A stretch of DNA of 64,000 nucleotides, taken from Limisphaerales bacterium. Its GTDB lineage: Bacteria; Verrucomicrobiota; Verrucomicrobiia; Limisphaerales; CAIMTB01. Location: contig JBFWOK010000004.1 of NCBI GenBank assembly GCA_050250555.1, positions 17,526 to 81,525 of the forward strand. The letters are read 5' to 3'. Made by a program: the position numbers and the translations under genes. The notes under the pieces were generated by a model that made no database searches, was not told the DNA's origin, and worked only from the letters and a program-made list of their open reading frames with translations. Within the stretch, counting starts at the first letter, position 1. The number at the start of each line of letters is the position of its first letter. Shown here one piece after another: positions 27,319-35,757 of this stretch.

Positions 27319-28620
27319 TTAGCCCTTCAGTCCTTTGCTGGGCCATTGTCGGTCCGGCTGGAGGGTGGCGCTGTTATTCCAGCCTTGCACCATCTCATGC
27401 CACTTGGTGTAGGGCTGGATGGCCACCGAGTTGCTGAAGTGGCCCCAGAATCTCTTCAAACCCAAGTAGATGATGTTCTCCCCTTCAAGCCCGGCAGCGG
27501 TGCCGTCCCACCCGTCGTTCTTGATGAAACCGCCGTCACCGGGCACCCAGTCCTTATCGTCGCCGGTTGTACCGGAGACCTGCTTTGCCCCGCCTCCGCC
27601 CTCGATGGTGACCTTGGAAGCCGCGGCGCAACCAATCCTGTACTCCTCCGGGTGCTCGTTGATGTCCCGGTGAGCCTCGTCCCATTCCACGCCCTCCTTC
27701 TTCCAGAACTTCCCGCGCTCCTTGTCGAGCTCCCAATACTTGGGGTTCATCTTGAAGTCGTGGCGTCCCCCGGTGAAGGAGTACTGCTTCTTTCCGGCGA
27801 AATCGACCACGCCTCGGCGGGCCTCCATGTGGCGCATGAGGTGGTACTCCGCCGTACTCCCATTGTCGCCTTGAAGCCGAAAGATCCTCGGCGAGTGGAA
27901 CAAAGATGTGAACACTTCGAGACTGAGGTCCTTCGTTCGGTCGAGATGGGGGTAGCTGTAGATATCCCCCGCCTTGATGAGAAATTCGTGGAAGCTCGGG
28001 AGATCGGAATTGGGCGGCATCTGGACCTTCCGCTGAACCACTCCTTGGGACGCGCCCCCGGCCAGGACCTGATGCAGTCGGTCCTCAAGGCCTTCGGTTG
28101 AGGCGGATTCCCCGCCATCGTGGGTGTTCGTGTCCGAGATGTCCTGGGCGGCCTGTTGTCCCAATCGATCCGCCTCGGCCTCGAGTGCAGGATCGTCGTC
28201 GATGGCGCCGCCCATGGCCTGGGCTGTGGCGCGAACCCGGCCGGAGGCTTGCTGGGTTACGTGGGCCAGTTCGTGGCCCAGCAGCGCCCGACCGCTCACC
28301 GTGTGGGGCGCATACTCGCCCGGGGCGAAATGAACGTCGACACCCCGCGTGTACGCGCGGGCTCCGATGCTCGCGGCGCGCTGGTCCTGATGGACCCGAA
28401 CGGCGGAGAAATCCCACCCGAAGGAATGCTCCATTCCGGCCCGGACCCCTTCCGGCAGGCAAGCTCCCGGGGAGGACGGGGGTTGGGTCGCCAGAGATTG
28501 CCACAATGCGTTGACGGGGTGTCGTGCGGGGTCCAACTCGCCACGGGACGCCTGAGCACGTCCGACCGCCGAGGCGGTTACCGCTGCCTTGGACCGCGGT
28601 GCATCGAAGGCCTGGCTCAT
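27319..28620 (-). CDS. DUF4157 (zincin-like) N-terminal domain polymorphic-toxin-type protein with an unassigned C-terminal domain
   Basis: FGWDFSAVRVHQDQRAASIGARAYTRGVDVHFAPGEYAPHTVSGRALLGHELAHVTQQ is the DUF4157 signature and includes HExxH. This is followed by ALEAEADRLG and a ~250-aa Lys/Trp-rich C-terminal domain (..EEYRIGCAAASKV..KRFWGHFS..). Confidence 0.8.
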   Translation of the reverse strand: MSQAFDAPRSKAAVTASAVGRAQASRGELDPARHPVNALWQSLATQPPSSPGACLPEGVRAGMEHSFGWDFSAVRVHQDQRAASIGARAYTRGVDVHFAPGEYAPHTVSGRALLGHELAHVTQQASGRVRATAQAMGGAIDDDPALEAEADRLGQQAAQDISDTNTHDGGESASTEGLEDRLHQVLAGGASQGVVQRKVQMPPNSDLPSFHEFLIKAGDIYSYPHLDRTKDLSLEVFTSLFHSPRIFRLQGDNGSTAEYHLMRHMEARRGVVDFAGKKQYSFTGGRHDFKMNPKYWELDKERGKFWKKEGVEWDEAHRDINEHPEEYRIGCAAASKVTIEGGGGAKQVSGTTGDDKDWVPGDGGFIKNDGWDGTAAGLEGENIIYLGLKRFWGHFSNSVAIQPYTKWHEMVQGWNNSATLQPDRQWPSKGLKG

Positions 28621-28751
28621 AAATGTGAGCAAAGCGATTCCGGCGGGAGAAGCAAGGGCGGGAACAGACCCGCAAGGGTCAACGGGGGCACTTCAAAACG
28701 AATCGAGACTTCTCGTTGCGCTGCCGCGCCGCGACCCAAAGTCCCAATTCA

Positions 28752-28774
28752 TTCGAGCCCTGCCGGCCGCACCA
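28752..28774 (+). repeat. distal att-like repeat (copy of the tRNA-Arg 3' end)
   Basis: ttcgagccctgccggccgcacca. The single difference (C for T) would restore a G1-C72 pair in the tRNA. Confidence 0.9.
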
Positions 28775-28881
28775 CTTCCGAAGGCGCTACCGATCGAAGG
28801 CCCTCCGTGGATCAAAGCCCCCCTCCTCACCCGCCGGCTTCCGAATTATCGGGAAATGCCGGTTCGGGGACCCGACGACCG

Positions 28882-29397
28882 CTATGGCTGCTGGCCGACC
28901 ACCGGCATCTCGGAGGCGATCGCCACGTCGATGAACAGTCCGATCTGGTTCTCGATCTGGAGGAACTGCCCCGCCTGCAGCGGCGAAAGCGCCTTCTCGA
29001 TCTTGGCGTGGTACTGCTCGAGCAACCGGAGTCGCCGGCGCTGCCCGCTGAACCAGCGCTTGGCGATGTCCTTGGCCTTCGCGTCGTCCAAGGCGCCCCG
29101 CCCGTGCGACTGAACGAAATCGCGGATCAATTCCGCCCGGGTCACCGCCAAATCGCCCAACGCCTTCTCGTACGCCCGGTAGATGGGCCAGAACTTCTTC
29201 GCGTCCTCGTCGGACAGCTTCATGATCGAGTTGACTAGGTCGACCTTGAAGGAATTGAAATCCGATCGGAGAACTTGGAGGTAGTTGTGAAGGTTGGAGT
29301 CGGTCGACTCCGCGGCGGTGGTGGTGGCCGCGCGAGGGCTCGGATGGGCGCCAAGGGTTGCCAGAATCAGGACAGTAAGCGCTCGAAAAGCTTTCAT
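28882..29397 (-). CDS. secreted helical hypothetical protein
   Basis: ATG at 29397 and signal peptide MKAFRALTVLILATLGA. Helical, Lys/Glu-rich mature part (..SDEDAKKFWPIYRAYEKAL..). Confidence 0.6.
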   Translation of the reverse strand: MKAFRALTVLILATLGAHPSPRAATTTAAESTDSNLHNYLQVLRSDFNSFKVDLVNSIMKLSDEDAKKFWPIYRAYEKALGDLAVTRAELIRDFVQSHGRGALDDAKAKDIAKRWFSGQRRRLRLLEQYHAKIEKALSPLQAGQFLQIENQIGLFIDVAIASEMPVVGQQP

Positions 29398-29446
29398 GGA
29401 TGTCAGCGGTGAAGGGTTGGGTGGGTGTTGGAATCGGCGACGCCTG

Positions 29447-30028
29447 CTAGTTGAGGTCCTTGTCCTTCCAGTACTTCGTGCCCGCGACCGTGGCCTGGAG
29501 CGCGACGCCGGTGTCGGTGATCTGGTAGATCTCGAACACATTGCCGCCGGTGTCGGCCCCCGCCTCCTTGGCGACCGCCGCGCCCTTTTCGCCGGCCTTC
29601 GCCGTCGCGTCGGCCTCGCCGCCAAACTGCCAACCACTCTCGACGAATCGGCGCATGACGTCCGCGTTCTTGAAAATGAACACGACGCTCAGATCCTTCG
29701 CTCCCAGGCCGACGCCACCGCCCAAGGAGCCCATGGCCATGAAGGTCTCCTTGCCGGCCTTGTCCACCACCATGCCGTACCCGTGGCCGGTGCTGAGCAG
29801 GAAGAGGTTCATGTTCTTGTTGTTGAACGTGCCGTAACCAAACGCGCTTTCGATCTTCGCCCGGGCCTCCGGGTGCGCCGCGTACAGCTTCTCGAGAATC
29901 TGGTCCCGCTGCTTGCGGACCTCGGTCCGCTTCTCGTCGGCGCTTCCACCTTTCGGACCAAAGAGCGCCGCCGACGCGGAAAGCGCCAGCGCGACGGTGA
30001 GGAGGGTGATGGGAATGGTCTTTTTCAT
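29447..30028 (-). CDS. secreted SYLF/Ysc84-like (DUF500) lipid-binding domain protein
   Basis: Signal peptide MKKTIPITLLTVALALSASA. GSLGGGVGLGAKDLSVVFIFKNADVMRRFVESGWQFGGEADATA resembles the SYLF Gly-rich core. Confidence 0.5.
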   Translation of the reverse strand: MKKTIPITLLTVALALSASAALFGPKGGSADEKRTEVRKQRDQILEKLYAAHPEARAKIESAFGYGTFNNKNMNLFLLSTGHGYGMVVDKAGKETFMAMGSLGGGVGLGAKDLSVVFIFKNADVMRRFVESGWQFGGEADATAKAGEKGAAVAKEAGADTGGNVFEIYQITDTGVALQATVAGTKYWKDKDLN

Positions 30029-30328
30029 GGTATTCCTGATACGGACCGCTGGCCGCACGCTAACAGATCGGATCCGCGATGGAAGGCCGGCCTTGTGGGG
30101 GGGATCGGGCATGTCCCGAACCTGCGTGGCGGATCGGATGCCTACGGGTGCCGTGCCCCGGACCGCTCCCTCAGGGGATTGGAAACCCGCGCGACCTTGG
30201 GACATCGACATGCCGGCACCTCGGACCTCCGCTCAGAAGGAGGGATTCGACGAACGGGGTGACTTGCACGAAGCCAAGCGTTTCACGGATCCTTTGACCG
30301 GCTCATTGCCAGAAGAGAGAGTGACGCG

Positions 30329-30895
30329 ATGAAACCGGCGACCGGCGACTCAACTCCCGATCGTGGTCCGACTGATGCGGAAGGTCTGCTCGGGCAGGTT
30401 TACGGTGAATTGAGGCGGCTCGCCGCGTACCGCCTCGCGTCGGAGCCACCGGGCCAGACACTCCAAGCTACGGCCCTGGTTCATGAGGTCTGGCTGAAGC
30501 TCGGCGCCGGAAGGGAATACCCGTGGCGGGATCGGAACCACTTCCTCGCCGCCGCCTCCGAGGCCATGCGCCGCATCCTGATCGACCAGGCGCGACGACG
30601 GAAGGCAGCCCGGCACGGCGGCGGTTGGTTGCGCCTCGACTCCCCGGAACTCGATGAACTGGGAGCCGCCGAAGGTCCCGTGGATCATGATGCCCGGCTC
30701 GAACGGCTCGACGACCTGATTGGCAAACTGGCCCAGGGTCATCCCGAAAAGGCCGCCCTCGTACGACTGCGTTTCTACACCGGACTCACAATCGAGGAAG
30801 CCGCCTCGGTGATCGGAATCTCACCGGCCACGGCCAAGCGTCATTGGGCCTTCTCGCGGGCCTGGCTCTTTCGGGAACTCACTCGGGGAGCCTGA
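30329..30895 (+). CDS. ECF-type RNA polymerase sigma factor (TIGR02999-like, kinase-associated type)
   Basis: LLGQVYGELRRLAAYRL...LQATALVHEVWLKL...RNHFLAAASEAMRRILID is region 2. Region 4 HTH: GLTIEEAASVIGISPATAKRHW. Confidence 0.85.
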   Translation: MKPATGDSTPDRGPTDAEGLLGQVYGELRRLAAYRLASEPPGQTLQATALVHEVWLKLGAGREYPWRDRNHFLAAASEAMRRILIDQARRRKAARHGGGWLRLDSPELDELGAAEGPVDHDARLERLDDLIGKLAQGHPEKAALVRLRFYTGLTIEEAASVIGISPATAKRHWAFSRAWLFRELTRGA

Positions 30896-33372
30896 ACCAG
30901 ATAGAGAAACGCGAATCCGGCCACGGCGAAACCGGTGATCCCGAGTGCGAAGATGAACGGCACGCGGGGTATCAGGCCAAGATCCACCAGCAGATAACTG
31001 CCGAGCGCCAGGCCCGCCAGCGCCCCGACGAGCATCCGCCAACGCCCGCGCCAGGCTCCCAGGGCCAGGAAGACGATCGAGGCGCCGAGATAAAGGGCGA
31101 CGTCGACCCGCGCGAGGGGATCGTCCCGGTTCGCCGAGGCATTCATGAAGAGCGCTCCCTCGACGTGAAGGAGGCTTGCGACTTCGAGCAGCCGCGACAC
31201 CCGGCGAAGATCCAGGCTGGAGGAACGCTCGGCGACGAGCATGAGAATCAGGAAGACCACTCCATTGAACGCGAACGAGAGCGCCTGCAGTCGGTCCTGG
31301 GTCAGGTATTCTCCCGCCGGGAAACCCAGCAACAGCAGGGTCGGCCCGTCCTCCGCCATCACATCCAAGGATCCCAGCAACGCCAGGATCGCCACGAGAT
31401 GGAACGGAAATGACCAGCGCACCCGGCCCAACCGCTCGAGCCCCAGCCCGACAAACTCCATCGCCACGAGGGGCAAACAACCGAGCGCCTGCCGGTGCGT
31501 TGGCCAGTCCAGCCAACCCAGATTCAGCAACACGGCCCCGTAGGTTCCCGAGCCGAGCACGGCCGTTGTCCACGCGAAACCCGTCATCCTCAATCGCGCG
31601 AGCGCAGCCGCCGAGAGAAGCGTGGCGGCGAAGCACGAGGCAAGGATCTGCTGGTTGGTGAAGACGTCCCCAAGAAGTTGCTCCATTCCCGAAACCGGCA
31701 CAGAAAACCACCCGAGTTCCCTGAACACCGTGAGCGTCGCCGGGACCATTGAAAGGGATGCCGCGGCGAGAAACGAGGCCGACGCCAGCGACTCCCGACG
31801 CCGGTCCGCCAAGAGTCCTACGGCCAACAAACCCACCGATGCACCCGCCGGCGCCAACCATCGCCATGGCGGCCCCACCTCGGCGTGCGCCAGCCACACC
31901 AGGAGAGCCGCGGCCACCACCACAATCCAGGTCCCCGTGTAAAGCACCGTCTGAGCCCAGGTCAGACGCCGCGCATCGATGATCCAATGATCTTCATCCG
32001 CCAGCAGCCGCCGGTGGAGCAACTGCAATTGATCCCGTTCGTCCCGGGAAATGATGCCCTGCGCCTCCCAGTTCGCCGCCTCGGTCGAATACTCGCTGAC
32101 CCGACGCCTGAGAAGGTCGTCGTAGAGCCGGGGTTTGAGACGCACCGGCTCCCCGGCCAGAAACCGCCCCAATTCGAGAACCAGCGTCGCCGCCGTTGGA
32201 CGGTCGTCCGGATTCCACGCCATGCAGGCCAGCACGAGAGCCTGCAGATCCTCGGGAACCCCCACCGCCACATCCCGAAGAAACGGTGGAGCCGTTGTCG
32301 CAATCGCTTCCAGAACCTCTCCCACGCCACCGCCCCGAAATGGCGCCCTGCCCGTCAGCACCTTGAACATCAGGCTGCCCAGCGAGAACACATCCGAGGC
32401 GGTCGTCAGCGCTCTCCCAAGGACCTGTTCGGGCGAGGCGTAGAGCGGAGTACCCTCGAATCCCCGACCGGAGCGCCCCGCTTCGCCAAGGGACAACGCC
32501 AGCCCGAAATCAAGGATCCGCGGCCGCATTTCGGGTCCGACGAGCACATTGTCCGGCTTGAGGTCGCGGTGAACCAGTCCCCGGGCATGGGCCGCGGCAA
32601 GCCCGCGCGCCACCTCGCGAAGGAGCCGGGCCTTCTGCCCGAAGTGCAGATGCTCCGCGAATCGGTCGATCGGAAATCCTTCGACATACTCCATCACGAT
32701 TGCCGGCGGCTCCGCTTCGTCGAGCACCGAGAAAATCGTGACCACCGCCGGATCGTCGAGGCCCGCGGCGTTCCGCGCCTCTTCGAGCACCCTGCGACGC
32801 GCGACGGCGTCCCCCGCCCGTTGTCGGAGCACCTTGATCGCCACCCTCCGCCCAAGTTTCTCGTCCTGCGCGGCGTAGACGATTCCCAGCGCACCCGATC
32901 CAAACCTTCTCTCGATCCGAAATCCGGGGAGGCGGACCACCGGCTCGTCCTCGCCCGAATCCTCCGCCCGCGACGCACCGGCCATGGCACGAACCCGGAG
33001 GGCCGCTTCAATCCGTTCGCAGGCTTCGGTCCGGTCGGCCCGATGCGACCTCCCGAGCCGGGCCGCCGCGGCCATGGGCTGGCCCGCCGAGAGCGCCGCG
33101 AGGCAGTCCATGGCGCACGCGGCCGTCTCCTCCGGGTCCGGGCTCGGATCCTCGGCACCCGTGCCCAACCCGTGGCCGGCCTGACCGCGTTCCACCGCCG
33201 GGTCCAGGAATCCGCCCGCCGCATCATGCGCCGCGATCAATGAAACCACGCTCCCCAACACCGCCTCGTCACCCCGGCACTCGCGCGCGAGAAAGGAGTC
33301 GCGAGCCGGACCCGCGGGCAACTGCAGAGCCCGCACGAACAGAGTCTCGACCGAGGGTGATTCCATGCCCAT
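30841..33372 (-). CDS. Ser/Thr protein kinase with a large polytopic membrane C-terminal domain
   Basis: VAIKVL, HRDLKPDNVLV, DFGLA and SPEQ motifs, followed by about 10 or more hydrophobic helices. ATG at 33372 or 33366. Confidence 0.9.
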   Translation of the reverse strand: MGMESPSVETLFVRALQLPAGPARDSFLARECRGDEAVLGSVVSLIAAHDAAGGFLDPAVERGQAGHGLGTGAEDPSPDPEETAACAMDCLAALSAGQPMAAAARLGRSHRADRTEACERIEAALRVRAMAGASRAEDSGEDEPVVRLPGFRIERRFGSGALGIVYAAQDEKLGRRVAIKVLRQRAGDAVARRRVLEEARNAAGLDDPAVVTIFSVLDEAEPPAIVMEYVEGFPIDRFAEHLHFGQKARLLREVARGLAAAHARGLVHRDLKPDNVLVGPEMRPRILDFGLALSLGEAGRSGRGFEGTPLYASPEQVLGRALTTASDVFSLGSLMFKVLTGRAPFRGGGVGEVLEAIATTAPPFLRDVAVGVPEDLQALVLACMAWNPDDRPTAATLVLELGRFLAGEPVRLKPRLYDDLLRRRVSEYSTEAANWEAQGIISRDERDQLQLLHRRLLADEDHWIIDARRLTWAQTVLYTGTWIVVVAAALLVWLAHAEVGPPWRWLAPAGASVGLLAVGLLADRRRESLASASFLAAASLSMVPATLTVFRELGWFSVPVSGMEQLLGDVFTNQQILASCFAATLLSAAALARLRMTGFAWTTAVLGSGTYGAVLLNLGWLDWPTHRQALGCLPLVAMEFVGLGLERLGRVRWSFPFHLVAILALLGSLDVMAEDGPTLLLLGFPAGEYLTQDRLQALSFAFNGVVFLILMLVAERSSSLDLRRVSRLLEVASLLHVEGALFMNASANRDDPLARVDVALYLGASIVFLALGAWRGRWRMLVGALAGLALGSYLLVDLGLIPRVPFIFALGITGFAVAGFAFLYLVQAPRVSSRKSQAREKAQ

Positions 33373-33585
33373 GACGTCGGGAGTTTCCGGGCTGTCTCTG
33401 CCCCGCGTGAACCGGCGCGGCGAGAAAAATCCCATCGACCACGCCCGCCTCGCCACCCCAGCCCACCAGGCCACCTTGACCGACCGGCCGGTTCGACGGA
33501 CCGACGACGACCCCACCCGGCAAACTTTCGTGAGCCAATTCCCGCCGGATTCTCGCCTACAACATCGAAAGGACACGAAACGACG

Positions 33586-34209
33586 ATGAAAACCCAACAC
33601 ACCCATCAATCCACCTCACCCCTCAATCGAATTGGACGGGCGATCGCCCTGGCGGGGCTCGCCGTGGCCCTGGCGGGTTGCGATATCGCGCGGTCCCGCC
33701 AGGTGGTCGGTCGAAAGCCCGCCACGCTGGATTCGCAGGAACTCGAAGGCACCTGGCGCGACGCCGAAGGCCGCTCGTATTTCCTGCGCGTGACCGACCC
33801 GGCCGCCGCCCACCTCGAACTCGCCACCGTCGAAACCCGTTCCGACGCCTTCGAACTCACGCGAACGGAGATCTTCCTGCGGGAGCAGGATGACGTCATT
33901 CTCGCAAGCCTTCGCGGCACGGCACCCGAACCGGAGGGAGACTTCGCCTTTGGCCGGCTGGTCGTCACCGAGGGCGCGCTCGTCCTTCATCTCGCGACCG
34001 CTCCGGCGATCCGGAAACTCGCGCTCGACGGCACCATCGGCGCGGTGATCACCACGAACTCCAATTCGGAGAACGGCCCGAGATACGACGTGATCGTGAC
34101 CAACGGCTTCGACCGCCTCGCCGGCGCGCTGGCCGCCCCCACCGGACATCAGTACCTCGACATGGCCAATCCGGTCCTGCTGATGCGACAGAAACCCGGA
34201 CACGACTGA
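33586..34209 (+). CDS. lipoprotein, function unknown
   Basis: Lipobox LAVALAGC after a signal sequence. Confidence 0.6.
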   Translation: MKTQHTHQSTSPLNRIGRAIALAGLAVALAGCDIARSRQVVGRKPATLDSQELEGTWRDAEGRSYFLRVTDPAAAHLELATVETRSDAFELTRTEIFLREQDDVILASLRGTAPEPEGDFAFGRLVVTEGALVLHLATAPAIRKLALDGTIGAVITTNSNSENGPRYDVIVTNGFDRLAGALAAPTGHQYLDMANPVLLMRQKPGHD

Positions 34210-34279
34210 CCGACGCGAACGCGACGACACCGACAGCGCCCGTCGCCGGTCGACCCCGGCCTTCGGGCTTCCGGGTGAG

Positions 34280-34915
34280 TCAATGGACCGAGGCCTCGCT
34301 CACCACCTGGAACCGGTTCTCGAACCACTCCCCCGGCGTCGCCGGCACCTCCGGTCCCGGCGCTGGAAACGTGAATCGCGGCGTGATCGCGCGGACCAGG
34401 AGCCCGCTTTGAATCAAGGGCGCAAGTTTCTTGGGCGACCGGCTCACCGCCACCAACCGCGGGCCGGTCAAAAGGTTCGTCGACGGCAAATCCTCCGGGT
34501 TCGGAACACCAATGAACGACACGATCGCGGCGGCATCGGGTTCCTTTTCCACCAACCGGAGGTAACGCCGTGCCGAAAGCCCGGTACCGGGTCCGTACTT
34601 TCCACCCTGCTCCCCGTCCACTTTGTCGGTCCGAATCACCTCAAGACCCGGCCACGCCTCGAGCGCCCGGCAGAACGCCGCATGCTGCAGGTCCAGCGCC
34701 TCGCTCGTTCCCCTTTCCAGCGTGACCACCACCAACCGCCCCGTCGGGCCCACCACCGCCGCAACCTCCTCCGCCAATCGCTGACCCACACCCCGGTGCT
34801 GAACTGACCCCGCAACGCGTTCCGCGCGCATCGACCATCCCATCCAGCCCACCGCGATCACCGTTGTGATCACCGACGTGATTCCTGTCCAAAGCCGTCC
34901 AAATCGCGTTCTCAT
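34280..34915 (-). CDS. membrane-anchored hypothetical protein (last gene of the operon)
   Basis: ATG at 34915, 2 nt after the upstream stop. N-terminal TM helix GITSVITTVIAVGWMGW. Confidence 0.6.
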   Translation of the reverse strand: MRTRFGRLWTGITSVITTVIAVGWMGWSMRAERVAGSVQHRGVGQRLAEEVAAVVGPTGRLVVVTLERGTSEALDLQHAAFCRALEAWPGLEVIRTDKVDGEQGGKYGPGTGLSARRYLRLVEKEPDAAAIVSFIGVPNPEDLPSTNLLTGPRLVAVSRSPKKLAPLIQSGLLVRAITPRFTFPAPGPEVPATPGEWFENRFQVVSEASVH

Positions 34916-34917
34916 CT

Positions 34918-35757
34918 TCAGGAATTGGCCGGAAGTTTCCACCGGATGCCCCCCACGCTTCCTTCCGTGTCGACGCTCGGAATCTGAAACGTGCTCCGCG
35001 AGTGAACGCTCCCGTCCAGGAACAAAAGGTTCGACCTCCGCTGCTTGGCGTGGCGCGCGTTCACGCGTTCGTCCTTCCCGTTCAACAACCACCAACCGTC
35101 GAACACCGCCGGCATCTCCGACGCATGACCCGATACCCCCGTCAGCCTCGGCATCTCCCGCCCCCCGCGGTCCGTCGGATACCTCGCGAACGGACGTCGT
35201 TCCGTGTCCCCAAGTCCCGCGTTCAGGCCGTACCAACAATGCAGGTTGTATTTGGTCCGCGTCCCCTCCGACGTGAACGCGAACGCACGCGCGCCTTCGC
35301 GGTCATCCCTCGACACCGGGTTCACCTCGTACACCTCTGGAATTCCCGAGGGACATCGAAACACCGATTCGCCCACGGGAACCTTCCGGTACTCGCTCGA
35401 AACCGGCGCCGAAAGCAGCCCGCTGTTTCGCAACAGAGTCGGCCATCCCTCCTCGAAAGGCGCTCCGTTGCGCACGTTGAACTCCGCAGGCACCAATCGG
35501 TCCTCGTGGTCGCCCGCGTAGAGAACCACCGCCACTCCGATCTGCCGAAGGTTGTTGCCGCATGCCGCCGATCGCGCGCGTTCCTTCGCCGCCCCCAATG
35601 CCGGGAGCAGCAGCGATTGCAGGACCGCTATGATCGCGATCACCACCAGCAATTCCACCAGGGTGAACCCCCCGGCTTGCCGCGGAACCGGTCCATGCCG
35701 GTCAGCACCGCGTCCGCGAAATCCCTTTCCCATGGTTTGCTCTCGTCTGGTTTTCAT
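34918..35757 (-). CDS. prepilin-type N-terminal cleavage/methylation domain protein (DUF1559, H-X9-DG family)
   Basis: [45 protein letters not shown]. The ATG overlaps the upstream stop (ATGA). Confidence 0.85.
   Translation of the reverse strand: MKTRREQTMGKGFRGRGADRHGPVPRQAGGFTLVELLVVIAIIAVLQSLLLPALGAAKERARSAACGNNLRQIGVAVVLYAGDHEDRLVPAEFNVRNGAPFEEGWPTLLRNSGLLSAPVSSEYRKVPVGESVFRCPSGIPEVYEVNPVSRDDREGARAFAFTSEGTRTKYNLHCWYGLNAGLGDTERRPFARYPTDRGGREMPRLTGVSGHASEMPAVFDGWWLLNGKDERVNARHAKQRRSNLLFLDGSVHSRSTFQIPSVDTEGSVGGIRWKLPANS

Larger units (their letters stand above)
24690..28774. mobile_element. tRNA-Arg-anchored genomic islet (~4.1 kb) with no recognisable integrase
   Basis: Bounded by the 23-bp direct repeat of the tRNA 3' end. 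The cargo is accessory-type genes: a LamG fragment, a toxin-antitoxin pair, a toxin-antitoxin remnant and a DUF4157 toxin. Patches look lower in GC by eye. Confidence 0.6.

Noticed and set aside
26789-27346. 185-aa minus-strand ORF downstream of the DUF4157 toxin, considered as an immunity gene
   Set aside because: Most of it is Arg/Gly-rich and out of frame with the RHH/PIN remnant. Only the first ~60 codons look protein-like, which is not enough to call a CDS.
24690-28774. Integrase, excisionase or transposase inside the islet
   Set aside because: I looked in all listed frames and found no tyrosine or serine recombinase or DDE motifs. The absence is reported as a finding rather than a feature.
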